From a virus, in IMG/VR virus record IMGVR_UViG_3300046028_006182, positions 1 to 64,000 of that record: 64,000 nt of DNA; one strand, written 5' to 3'. The stretch's first letter is position 1; every line of letters begins with the position of its first letter. Shown here in pieces: positions 1 to 7,577 of the stretch. The notes below the pieces were generated by a model. It was not told the origin of the DNA, made no database searches, and was given only the letters and a program-made list of their open reading frames with translations. A program made the position numbers and the translations under genes.

Positions 1-71
1 GTACCAACTGGAGTACCAACTGGAGTACCAACTGGAGTACCAACTGGAGTACCAACTGGGGTACCAACTGG
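1..71. repeat. 12-bp tandem repeat GTACCAACTGG(A/G), about 6 copies, running off the window start
   Basis: Directly visible: GTACCAACTGGA x4, GTACCAACTGGG, GTACCAACTGG. Confidence 0.95.
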
Positions 72-347
72 CTGGCATAGTATAGTAGGTATTGGGCCGA
101 CCTTACCAACCTACCTACCTGGCGTCTAGTGCCTATAGCCTACCGCCGAACTTATTGTCAGAGTGGAAAATAGGGAATATCCCCCCTGCCCACGGCATAA
201 AGGGTATTTCTCTAGCATTTGCACTCTTTGCACTCAACTATTCTTATGTCTTGTTAGTAATTTTACTAGAGATATACAACACCCAATGGCCTTAACCTGG
301 TTGGGGGGTAAGGTTAGTATATAGCTATATATAGCCACAAGCCAGTG

Positions 348-451
348 GGCCCGTCAGGCCTCCCATGGCCGAAGGATGGCCGAAACTGGCCAGCGGCGCC
401 CGGTCCGGCAAGGCCCACAACAAGGATGGGCAAAAAGCCCACAACAAGGCC
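348..451. repeat. GC-rich block with GGCC at about 10-bp phasing and a duplicated GCCCACAACAAGG
   Basis: GGCC starts at 348, 357, 367, 378, 388, 412 and 448. Confidence 0.8.
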
Positions 452-452
452 C

Positions 453-504
453 ATTGTCGGGAATTTTGGTCAGGTCATTGGTTCGGGTAATTTAGTCGGG
501 TAAA
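453..504. repeat. Degenerate 13-bp tandem repeat x4 (consensus about TTnGTCGGGTAAT), iteron-like
   Basis: TC(G/A)GG cores at 457, 470, 483 and 496, exactly 13 bp apart, followed by an AT-rich tract. Confidence 0.75.
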
Positions 505-607
505 AATATAAGGTTTTAAGGATTAAGGATATTTAATATATGCAAAAAAGCAAGAAATATCGTAATTAAAAAAATGTAACAAATTGCAAAAATAAATTTT
601 CAAATTG

Positions 608-638
608 TTTGAAATTGTCAAAAAGGATATTATCTTTG
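608..638 (+). promoter_or_regulatory. Bacteroidota housekeeping-sigma promoter (-33 TTTG / -7 TAnnTTTG)
   Basis: TTTG 608-611, 19-nt spacer, TATCTTTG 631-638, with an AT-rich upstream region. Confidence 0.85.
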
Positions 639-662
639 TTTTGTTGCTGATGCAAAACGGAC

Positions 663-674
663 GTTCTTTGACAT
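663..674 (+). promoter_or_regulatory. boxA-like antitermination element GTTCTTTGACAT
   Basis: Resembles rrn boxA (GyTCTTTrAmA) and lies about 20 nt downstream of the predicted TSS. Confidence 0.6.
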
Positions 675-760
675 ATCGAATAAAATAGTAATAATGCGAT
701 TAATCGCATCAGCAACAATTTTCTATCTTTTCACTTTTCACAATTTTCAATCTTAGCACA

Positions 761-1243
761 ATGGAAACGAACGAACAAAAATTGAATGTAGCAGCTACTA
801 AAGTAACTAAAGCAGCTACTAAAACGATTGTAAAAGACTTACAGTCTAAATCATTAACAGATTTGATTGCACTAATGAAAAAGGATAGTAGCTTAGTAGC
901 AGCTACTAAAGCAGCATCAAAAGGAACAAAAGAACAAAAGTATCAATACAAATTTGAACTTTTGCCGAATAAACCAATCGATAAAGCAGCATCGAAGTTA
1001 CGTGCGAAAATTCGCACAAAATTGTTTTCTTTTGTTAATTCAGCTAATTACGCATTACTTTGTGATGATGTTGCACAATTCAAACAAATTGCAAAAGAAT
1101 TTGAAACGTTCCGCAAAGAAACGTACATTTCGCAAAAAAACGAAGTTGCTGCCGTTTATAGCAACGTTACCGATGATGCTAAAGCAGCATCTAACAGAAA
1201 AGCATTAAAAACGTTTTTTGATGCATTAGCATTGCTGAAATAA
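761..1243 (+). CDS. Hypothetical Lys/Ala-rich early protein
   Basis: 160-aa ORF with its own promoter and terminator; AT-rich codon usage unlike the rest of the window. Confidence 0.8.
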   Translation: METNEQKLNVAATKVTKAATKTIVKDLQSKSLTDLIALMKKDSSLVAATKAASKGTKEQKYQYKFELLPNKPIDKAASKLRAKIRTKLFSFVNSANYALLCDDVAQFKQIAKEFETFRKETYISQKNEVAAVYSNVTDDAKAASNRKALKTFFDALALLK

Positions 1244-1251
1244 GCAAATTT

Positions 1252-1301
1252 TGAATATCGGAAAGGATTAATTTTGTCCCCTTTCCGATATTCATTTTTT
1301 T
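1252..1301 (+). terminator. Rho-independent terminator
   Basis: 15-bp stem TGAATATCGGAAAGG / CCTTTCCGATATTCA followed by T7. Confidence 0.9.
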
Positions 1302-1359
1302 GTGCAAATTGCTGCACCGTGTACCGCATCCACCATCCCGAGTTGCAGGTACGATTAGG

Positions 1360-1449
1360 CTCTAATCTCTAATCTCTAATCTCTAACCCTATTAAGGCCC
1401 CATCCCCCCCCTTCCCCTTAATCCTTAATCTCCCCATCCCCCACACCCC
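1360..1449. repeat. CTCTAAT x4 repeat followed by six C-runs (G-runs on the minus strand)
   Basis: CTCTAAT at 1360, 1367 and 1374, CTCTAAC at 1381; C-runs of 4 or more at 1398, 1404, 1414, 1432, 1438 and 1446. Confidence 0.8.
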
Positions 1450-1571
1450 AATAAAAATACGAATTTCCCAACCCCTACACACAAGAAAGGTCCCAATCCC
1501 TATCTAGAGCCTAACCGCCAGGCAAGAATACTCTATCAAAGAATTGGGACCCCCAACCCGCTATAACTTCT

Positions 1572-1808
1572 CTAGAAAGGCCTACATATACAACCTAACT
1601 TAGTATAATCATATACCTCTTCCGAGTTTACATCATTCAAGGTCCCTATTGTTATCCTGACCTTTACTTCTGAAACCCCCGGTGTAGGTTTCCTAGTGGC
1701 AATCACTACCCCTACTTCCTCAAATGGGCAGGCAACTACCATCCCTACCTGAACATCAGATAAGCTATCAAACCTACCTACCGTAATCTTCATCTTCTTC
1801 GCTACCAT
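1572..1808 (-). CDS. Hypothetical protein (small beta-rich, possibly SH3/KOW-like)
   Basis: Last ORF of a tightly packed minus-strand operon; overlaps the upstream stop. Confidence 0.65.
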   Translation of the reverse strand: MVAKKMKITVGRFDSLSDVQVGMVVACPFEEVGVVIATRKPTPGVSEVKVRITIGTLNDVNSEEVYDYTKLGCICRPF

Positions 1809-2077
1809 TACACCCGATTTTTACTAGTGTACCAAGCAAGAAATCCTGCTATCCCCGTTATCCCTACCAGAATACCCCAATACAGAAATCCTGATGTTAT
1901 CGGTTTATCAGGTAATGGTTCATCTATTATACCCATGATAAATATCCCGATGCCACAACCTGTGAAGAAGAACACTGCAAAACAAATTAGTGCTGCTAAA
2001 GATATAAAGTATCTCCAGGATAATATAATGACTGCTAGTATTATAATACCAAGCAGTAATGTAAATACTTCTTCCAT
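1808..2077 (-). CDS. Small membrane protein
   Basis: Three hydrophobic segments; operon packing. Confidence 0.7.
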   Translation of the reverse strand: MEEVFTLLLGIIILAVIILSWRYFISLAALICFAVFFFTGCGIGIFIMGIIDEPLPDKPITSGFLYWGILVGITGIAGFLAWYTSKNRV

Positions 2078-2082
2078 CTTGT

Positions 2083-2250
2083 TTATCCGTTTACTTGCTT
2101 TCTAATATAACCATAGTGCGATAGTTTTCCCCAGGCGTACATATCTTTGAAGGATAAGTATAGCCGTACAAGTATCCTTAGCCTAAGGTTATTCTTCTCA
2201 ATATCCACCTCGCTCAACCTAATTAAGTCATCCATTGCTTTAGAGTCCAT
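2083..2250 (-). CDS. Hypothetical 55-aa protein (MDSKAMDDLIRL...RKQVNG), absent from the ORF track
   Basis: Manual translation from ATG at 2250 to TAA at 2083; fills the gap between neighbours. Confidence 0.6.
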   Translation of the reverse strand: MDSKAMDDLIRLSEVDIEKNNLRLRILVRLYLSFKDMYAWGKLSHYGYIRKQVNG

Positions 2251-2258
2251 ACCTGTTA

Positions 2259-2444
2259 TTAATCTAAAATTGCTATAGCTACACTAAAGCAGATAGCAAG
2301 AATAAGTAATCCCGCTAGTATTAGGTAAACATAATCTCCTAGCAAATTAAATAGGAGTAAGGTTAGAAAAAGTAGCCCTCCCCCAATAACTAATACCACT
2401 ATGAATATGAATATCGTAAGCCCAAGTATTTTTAAGTATTTCAT
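2259..2444 (-). CDS. Small two-TM membrane protein
   Basis: Almost entirely hydrophobic 61 aa. Confidence 0.65.
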   Translation of the reverse strand: MKYLKILGLTIFIFIVVLVIGGGLLFLTLLLFNLLGDYVYLILAGLLILAICFSVAIAILD

Positions 2445-2460
2445 GCCTATGAGTTTTTAT

Positions 2461-2760
2461 TTACCTTTGAATTTTTAATCCCATACCCTGCTCAATATAC
2501 TCATCCAGTAATTCCCTAGTAGGGAATTTTACTGTTGTACCCGGTAGCAAAGAGAACCCATTTAAGAATATCCTCTTTACATAGTACCAATGATGTACTG
2601 AATACTCATGGGTACTTACCCACTCTTCCCGAGTGAATATCGTCCTATCGAAGAACACGTAGCTGTGTTCTTGGGATATCTTAATAGCGAAGTGTACTAG
2701 GGTACTGCTACCCCGGGTCTTTGTGGAGGTATCTACAATCTCTAGGGTGTATGTGGTCAT
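2461..2760 (-). CDS. Hypothetical protein
   Basis: Operon packing. Confidence 0.65.
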   Translation of the reverse strand: MTTYTLEIVDTSTKTRGSSTLVHFAIKISQEHSYVFFDRTIFTREEWVSTHEYSVHHWYYVKRIFLNGFSLLPGTTVKFPTRELLDEYIEQGMGLKIQR

Positions 2761-2765
2761 AGGTC

Positions 2766-3047
2766 TTATTTCTCCATTACTACAATGACTGGGGTAGTAT
2801 AGCTGTGACTAGCCGAGCCGCCCTGGGTATAGGCGTTGCCACTCACCCAACCTTGAGATACCATGGATACTACTCGATAGCCTTTAGCGTAGTAAGTATT
2901 CATTTCACTAGTCAAGGCATTAGCATCAGATTTCACTATCACTACCTGGCTCGTAGAGCGGGTAGTCAATGTACTGATACCCACCGTAGCGGAAATTGAG
3001 AGTAGGGCTACTAGTACTAGAGCCCATGTTGTGTTTAAAGTTTTCAT
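2766..3047 (-). CDS. Small exported or membrane-anchored protein
   Basis: N-terminal hydrophobic segment followed by a small alpha/beta domain (NTYYAKGYRVVSM...VMEK). Confidence 0.7.
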   Translation of the reverse strand: MKTLNTTWALVLVALLSISATVGISTLTTRSTSQVVIVKSDANALTSEMNTYYAKGYRVVSMVSQGWVSGNAYTQGGSASHSYTTPVIVVMEK

Positions 3048-3057
3048 ATTGCGGTTT

Positions 3058-3360
3058 TTAGTGTTTATTACCTAATAATTCATTAGCGGCAAGTATTGCT
3101 AAATCCATTGCCCTGCCTATATCCCAGTGTACAATCGTTCGAGTATGTAGAGCTCTTCTCGGGAATACTGTGATTACTACTACTGTATCTTTCTCGACTA
3201 CCCATTTCTCCACATCTGCCTCGGGCTGCTTATCCCCAAAATTAAGGTTATAGCCCACCTCTGCCAAGTAAGCGGCAATAGGTTGACCCTTTAAAGTGTG
3301 GGCATTCACCTGCATACTAAAGTTACCATCGGTAGTCCGAGTTAATAGCTCATAACTCAT
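3058..3360 (-). CDS. Hypothetical protein
   Basis: ATGA overlap with the upstream gene. Confidence 0.65.
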   Translation of the reverse strand: MSYELLTRTTDGNFSMQVNAHTLKGQPIAAYLAEVGYNLNFGDKQPEADVEKWVVEKDTVVVITVFPRRALHTRTIVHWDIGRAMDLAILAANELLGNKH

Positions 3361-3848
3361 TGTAGCTTCCTTGATAGTTTAGCAATGTTCCCAGCCAACT
3401 TGTCTAAAGTCCACCCCTCATCTACCAGTTTTCCTAGCAGGGTAGTATTGAAGCACGCCCCATCTACCAGCAAATCAACCTCTTTAAATTCCTTATCGGT
3501 AGCAGGTAGTCTATCTATACCATTAAGGATATCTATAAGTTCCTGTATTTGCCCGGCATTGTCAAGATTACTGCTCCTTCTTAGGTTATCTAGTACCTCC
3601 TTAATCTTCTGGGTTTGGGCCGGTGTAAATACATATATCTCCCCCGTGACTTCAAATAGTATGTCAGGTCGGTTAGACGTATGAATACCCCAAGTGATAA
3701 AAGGTTTTGTAGCGTTTAGCAACTCAACCTCCATCTCTTCTTTAGTTAACTCGGTAACTATTTCGGGTGCGCTCATTCTAAATGACATAGCTTCACCCGA
3801 TACTAAAACTCTGTGAGATATCCTCATATAGTTGATTTTATAATCCAA
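3357..3848 (-). CDS. Hypothetical protein
   Basis: 163-aa ORF in operon. Confidence 0.7.
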   Translation of the reverse strand: MDYKINYMRISHRVLVSGEAMSFRMSAPEIVTELTKEEMEVELLNATKPFITWGIHTSNRPDILFEVTGEIYVFTPAQTQKIKEVLDNLRRSSNLDNAGQIQELIDILNGIDRLPATDKEFKEVDLLVDGACFNTTLLGKLVDEGWTLDKLAGNIAKLSRKLQ

Positions 3849-4195
3849 GCGATAAGGGTCAGCAATGCTATAATAGCTAAGCCTATAGCTATTGAGTTAG
3901 GGTTTACTAGTAGACTAACTAATGCCTCCTCCGCTACATCTAAGGCTTCTTCTTTCTCAACAGTGGCTAATTTACTTATCCCTGTGGGGAATATAACATA
4001 ATGAGTTATACCCTGGTAAAATTCCCCCTGGTGGCTTTCCCAAGTACTTTCCTTAGGTTTTATACTGGATGGGTGAATGGATTTTCCAAATATCAACTGG
4101 CCTTGGTAGATAAAAGCTAACTTTCCATTGTACTTAGTTAAGTCGGGTAGCCCATCTATTGCGACTGAGCATACTTGTATTCTCCTTATAATCAT
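3824..4195 (-). CDS. Hypothetical protein with C-terminal TM anchor
   Basis: C-terminal SIAIGLAIIALLTLIAWII. Confidence 0.65.
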   Translation of the reverse strand: MIIRRIQVCSVAIDGLPDLTKYNGKLAFIYQGQLIFGKSIHPSSIKPKESTWESHQGEFYQGITHYVIFPTGISKLATVEKEEALDVAEEALVSLLVNPNSIAIGLAIIALLTLIAWIIKSTI

Positions 4196-4307
4196 CTTAT
4201 CGTGATTTATGAAATATAAGAGTCTCTAGTAAATAATTTTATAGAAACTAGTACTTTATTATTATCAAGCAGATATAAAGCTAGGCATATAGCCTGAGCG
4301 CAGAAAG

Positions 4308-4625
4308 CTAGCCCTTTAGCTTGCGAGTAGCAGTCTTTTGTTTAATGTACTTCACTTTATTCTTAACCAGCTTGTCTATCTTCTCAGGCCCGAACATTAG
4401 ACGCAAAGAGTTAACCCTAACGATTGCATCCGCCAACTCATCCTGCACGTTCCTATATCTCTGCTTTACGTTAGACTTGGTTTCCAACTTTACTAGGGCT
4501 TGCTCTAGTTCTAAAAGCTCTTCTAAAACCTTAGCTCTCACAAACCTCTTACCAAATGCTGCTATCTCTTCGGCTAATACTTCATTCATAGCCTTCTGTT
4601 TATCCTCAATGGCTTTTTTTATCAT
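4308..4625 (-). CDS. MazG-like NTP pyrophosphohydrolase
   Basis: EExxEL ... DELAD helical motif. Confidence 0.7.
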   Translation of the reverse strand: MIKKAIEDKQKAMNEVLAEEIAAFGKRFVRAKVLEELLELEQALVKLETKSNVKQRYRNVQDELADAIVRVNSLRLMFGPEKIDKLVKNKVKYIKQKTATRKLKG

Positions 4626-4990
4626 TTTACAGCTAGGTGTGGGTGGGTAGTTAATTTTTCCTCAATCCATTTCTGGTATTCCTCAATCTTTTTGAACGCT
4701 TCCTCTGGTGTTTTAGACTCTTTGATTATTTTCTTTACCCTGCGTAGATGGTTTACTAAATGGGGCCTATCGTATTTAAAACTATATCCATCTTTTAAAT
4801 TTGGGTCTAGCTTTGTTTGATTGTCGGATGTGTGGGTAATATTCATCTTATTGATAATATCTGATACTTGGGGTCCCCGGACTATACCAGATACTTTAAT
4901 GGTCAAGCCATCACCATTTTCAAGTGCCATCAAAGGGAAATGCTTAACTAAGTCGGCTACTTCTGCCATTTCTTTTTTGCTTAAATTCAT
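4622..4990 (-). CDS. Hypothetical protein
   Basis: First gene of the minus-strand operon, divergent from the MTase. Confidence 0.7.
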   Translation of the reverse strand: MNLSKKEMAEVADLVKHFPLMALENGDGLTIKVSGIVRGPQVSDIINKMNITHTSDNQTKLDPNLKDGYSFKYDRPHLVNHLRRVKKIIKESKTPEEAFKKIEEYQKWIEEKLTTHPHLAVK

Positions 4991-5078
4991 TGCTAGGTTG
5001 TTTCATCTAAAGAGAAATCCCCTTTATAGTATTTTAGAGAGGGCAATACCACGATACTTAAATATAAACAGGTGTATA

Positions 5079-6065
5079 ATGAGAGTACTAGGAGTATGTG
5101 GCGGCAATGGGGTAATGTTACACCCCCTAAAAGATAGACTAATCGCTAACGTAGAAATCAGGTCGGCGTTTAGTACACAGGGTAATACCCAGTGGAGAGA
5201 TAACTTCAGTGATATACCCCTGCTAAAAGCTCTGCCCGAAGTCAAGGGGGTTGATATAATCGTAGGACATCCCGATTGTGGGCATTCCTCTGTACTAGCT
5301 TACAGCAGAAGCAAGAGCTTTGGTAAGCCTAAGGATAACCCAAGCTTAACTCTATACATAAAAGCCGTAAAAAAATATAAACCCAAGGCTTTCTTCATGG
5401 AAAACTTGCCGGCTTTGATTAAAAACTACGGCAAGAGTGACCTAAAAGCGGCTTTCCCGGGGTATAAGCTAGTTTTTATACAGGGTTCAGTTAATATTTG
5501 GGGCAATTCCCAAGTCTCTAGGGAGAGATTAGTTATAGTAGGGATAAATAAAACGTATAGTAAGCCCAATAGGCTAAAAAACTTGCTAAATCGAGAGTTA
5601 TTTGTTGATTTTGTACCCGTAAATACCAATAAACTGCTCCAGGGCCTTGTAATGGGGGAAAATGGCCACCAAAGGGAGCCTGACAATACTATATTAACAA
5701 TATATGCCGGGAAAAAACTATCTGCTTTGCAATGCAAAGAGTATTGGGATGAGAATAAAACCCTCACTCGGTGGAAAGTTACTGACCGGAAGTTTACTAC
5801 TGCCCCTGGCGTTTATCGGAACCAGTCTAAGAGACCTCCCTTCACTGTTAGGAAAGGGAATAGGGAATTTTCACCCGAGGGTTATATGATGAGTCCTAGG
5901 GAAAGAGCTAGGATACAAGGTATACCCGATAGCTTCATCATACACTTTGATAAGTCAAAAACACCGGGCTACTGGATTAATAAGGGGAGGGTAACCGTTA
6001 CTAAAACTGCACCTTACGAGATTGGATTATGGATAGAAAGAGTATTACACAAGATAGCGGTTTAA
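5079..6065 (+). CDS. Divergent DNA (cytosine-5)-methyltransferase family protein (likely start MRVLGVCGG at 5079)
   Basis: Motif order I (GVCGGNG), IV (GHPDC), VI (ENL), VIII (QVSRER), IX (RERARIQGIPD). Confidence 0.8.
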   Translation: MRVLGVCGGNGVMLHPLKDRLIANVEIRSAFSTQGNTQWRDNFSDIPLLKALPEVKGVDIIVGHPDCGHSSVLAYSRSKSFGKPKDNPSLTLYIKAVKKYKPKAFFMENLPALIKNYGKSDLKAAFPGYKLVFIQGSVNIWGNSQVSRERLVIVGINKTYSKPNRLKNLLNRELFVDFVPVNTNKLLQGLVMGENGHQREPDNTILTIYAGKKLSALQCKEYWDENKTLTRWKVTDRKFTTAPGVYRNQSKRPPFTVRKGNREFSPEGYMMSPRERARIQGIPDSFIIHFDKSKTPGYWINKGRVTVTKTAPYEIGLWIERVLHKIAV

Positions 6066-6733
6066 AAGTTGATAGGACTAAATTCCGCGTTGTTAACGGC
6101 CAATACCTAGAGTCTAGGCATCAAAAGAAAGCTATATTCCTTCACCACACCGCGGGAACAAGTGTAGCGGGTGCTGTTAGATGGTGGGACCAAACACCCG
6201 ACCGGGTGGGCACCGCTTTTATAGTAGACCGAGATGGGACTATCTATGAGGTATTTGACCCGCTAGCATGGGCTTATCATTTGGGATTAAAAGGAGATAC
6301 CAATGAGCTGGAGAAATCCTCAATAGGTATTGAGATTGTTTCGGCAGGCAAAATCTACAAAAGGCCTGATGGGCATTACTACTTTTACCCCCTATACCCG
6401 AAGGTAGAACCCAAAACTCGAATAGAGGAAAGCGAGGTAGGTATAATGGACCGAGATTGGAGATCACTAAAAAAGGGTGACTTCTACCACAAGTACACGG
6501 ATGCTCAAATTAAATCAGTCGTAGGGCTAATTGAGCTACTATCTAAGACCTGTTGCATACCCGTTCAGAAGTACTTTAAGGATTTCTTCGAGTATGATAG
6601 CTCAGTAATCGCACAGGCTAAAGCAGGTATCTGGTCACACTCTACCGTTAGGAAAGACAAGCTAGATATTATCCCTCAAGTAGAGCTTATCAATGAACTA
6701 TACAGCCTTTTCGAGAAGTTGGCTGAGGAATAA
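6029..6733 (+). CDS. Endolysin, N-acetylmuramoyl-L-alanine amidase (Amidase_2 type)
   Basis: IFLHHTAG, AFIVDRDGTIYE, AYHLG, SIGIEI, HSTVRKDKLD Zn-amidase motifs. Confidence 0.9.
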   Translation: MDRKSITQDSGLKVDRTKFRVVNGQYLESRHQKKAIFLHHTAGTSVAGAVRWWDQTPDRVGTAFIVDRDGTIYEVFDPLAWAYHLGLKGDTNELEKSSIGIEIVSAGKIYKRPDGHYYFYPLYPKVEPKTRIEESEVGIMDRDWRSLKKGDFYHKYTDAQIKSVVGLIELLSKTCCIPVQKYFKDFFEYDSSVIAQAKAGIWSHSTVRKDKLDIIPQVELINELYSLFEKLAEE

Positions 6734-6840
6734 AGAAAGTAATTAAAAATAGTTATCAAGGGTATTAGATAAAAATAATAATTCTACGAATTATTTTTAT
6801 CATAATCCCAATATACCTATTTAAAGGTAAAAAATAAGGT

Positions 6841-7569
6841 ATGAAAATAGACTGGAAATGGTATGGAATGGGGACATTAGCCCTATCAACTCTAATATTA
6901 GCTTTGATACTCTCAAGAACGGGTTGCGGAGATAGTGTAAATCCTGCTGCCGATGTATTACTTGAGAAAGGTAGGGTAACCGATACCTTATATTTGAATA
7001 GGCCTTACATCCCCCTACACAAGGCAGGAATTGCGGTAACACCCTTGAATATCATTATCTCCGAAGCAGTTGAGGATAGCCGATACCATATCCTAAAGGG
7101 TTACAGTGATTCCCTAATATGGGTTATTGACTCCCTAACGAATGAGCTCTCCTGGGTAAGTGAGTCATTTATAACCACTCAACCCAGCTCATCCAAGTTG
7201 CTAGCTGGCTACTTTAGCAAAGATACCTTAAAACTTGACTTACTGACTACTAGCGGCAGAGTTAACTCACTATTCTACCCAGTAAATTATCAGAAGTATA
7301 GTTACCAGTATATAGATGACTCTTTACGAGTGGTACCATTGCCAAAACCAGATAAGTTTAAAGCCCCCCTCGACAAAAGCCAACTATTTAAGATAATCCT
7401 TTATGGGCAATACTATATACCAGACTATGAGCCTGGCTTAGGCATTGACTACCGGTTTTCTATTAAGAGATTTGAGGCAAGTGCTCTAATGGGTACTAAC
7501 TTCTCAGTTACAACCGGCTATCCCCATCCGTTTCTTATTGGCAGAGTAGGGGTTAGACTGACGAAGTAA
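6841..7569 (+). CDS. Membrane-anchored spanin-like lysis protein
   Basis: Follows the endolysin; N-terminal TM ending near SRTGC; C-terminal amphipathic beta-strands. Confidence 0.5.
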   Translation: MKIDWKWYGMGTLALSTLILALILSRTGCGDSVNPAADVLLEKGRVTDTLYLNRPYIPLHKAGIAVTPLNIIISEAVEDSRYHILKGYSDSLIWVIDSLTNELSWVSESFITTQPSSSKLLAGYFSKDTLKLDLLTTSGRVNSLFYPVNYQKYSYQYIDDSLRVVPLPKPDKFKAPLDKSQLFKIILYGQYYIPDYEPGLGIDYRFSIKRFEASALMGTNFSVTTGYPHPFLIGRVGVRLTK

Positions 7570-7577
7570 TTACCTAG

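Noticed and set aside
1-71. CRISPR array or coding repeat
   Set aside because: Units are contiguous 12-mers with no spacers. A minus-strand frame (MPASWYPSWYS...) is open but has no supporting evidence.
92-295. 67-aa ORF in the repeat region
   Set aside because: TTG start, no leader, lies in low-complexity non-coding DNA.
4821-5078. N-terminal extension of the MTase ORF
   Set aside because: Overlaps the minus-strand gene 4622..4990; motif I begins at Met 5079.
6768-6801. 12-bp AT-rich inverted repeat as a terminator
   Set aside because: Almost no GC pairs; could be an operator, but there is no supporting second copy.
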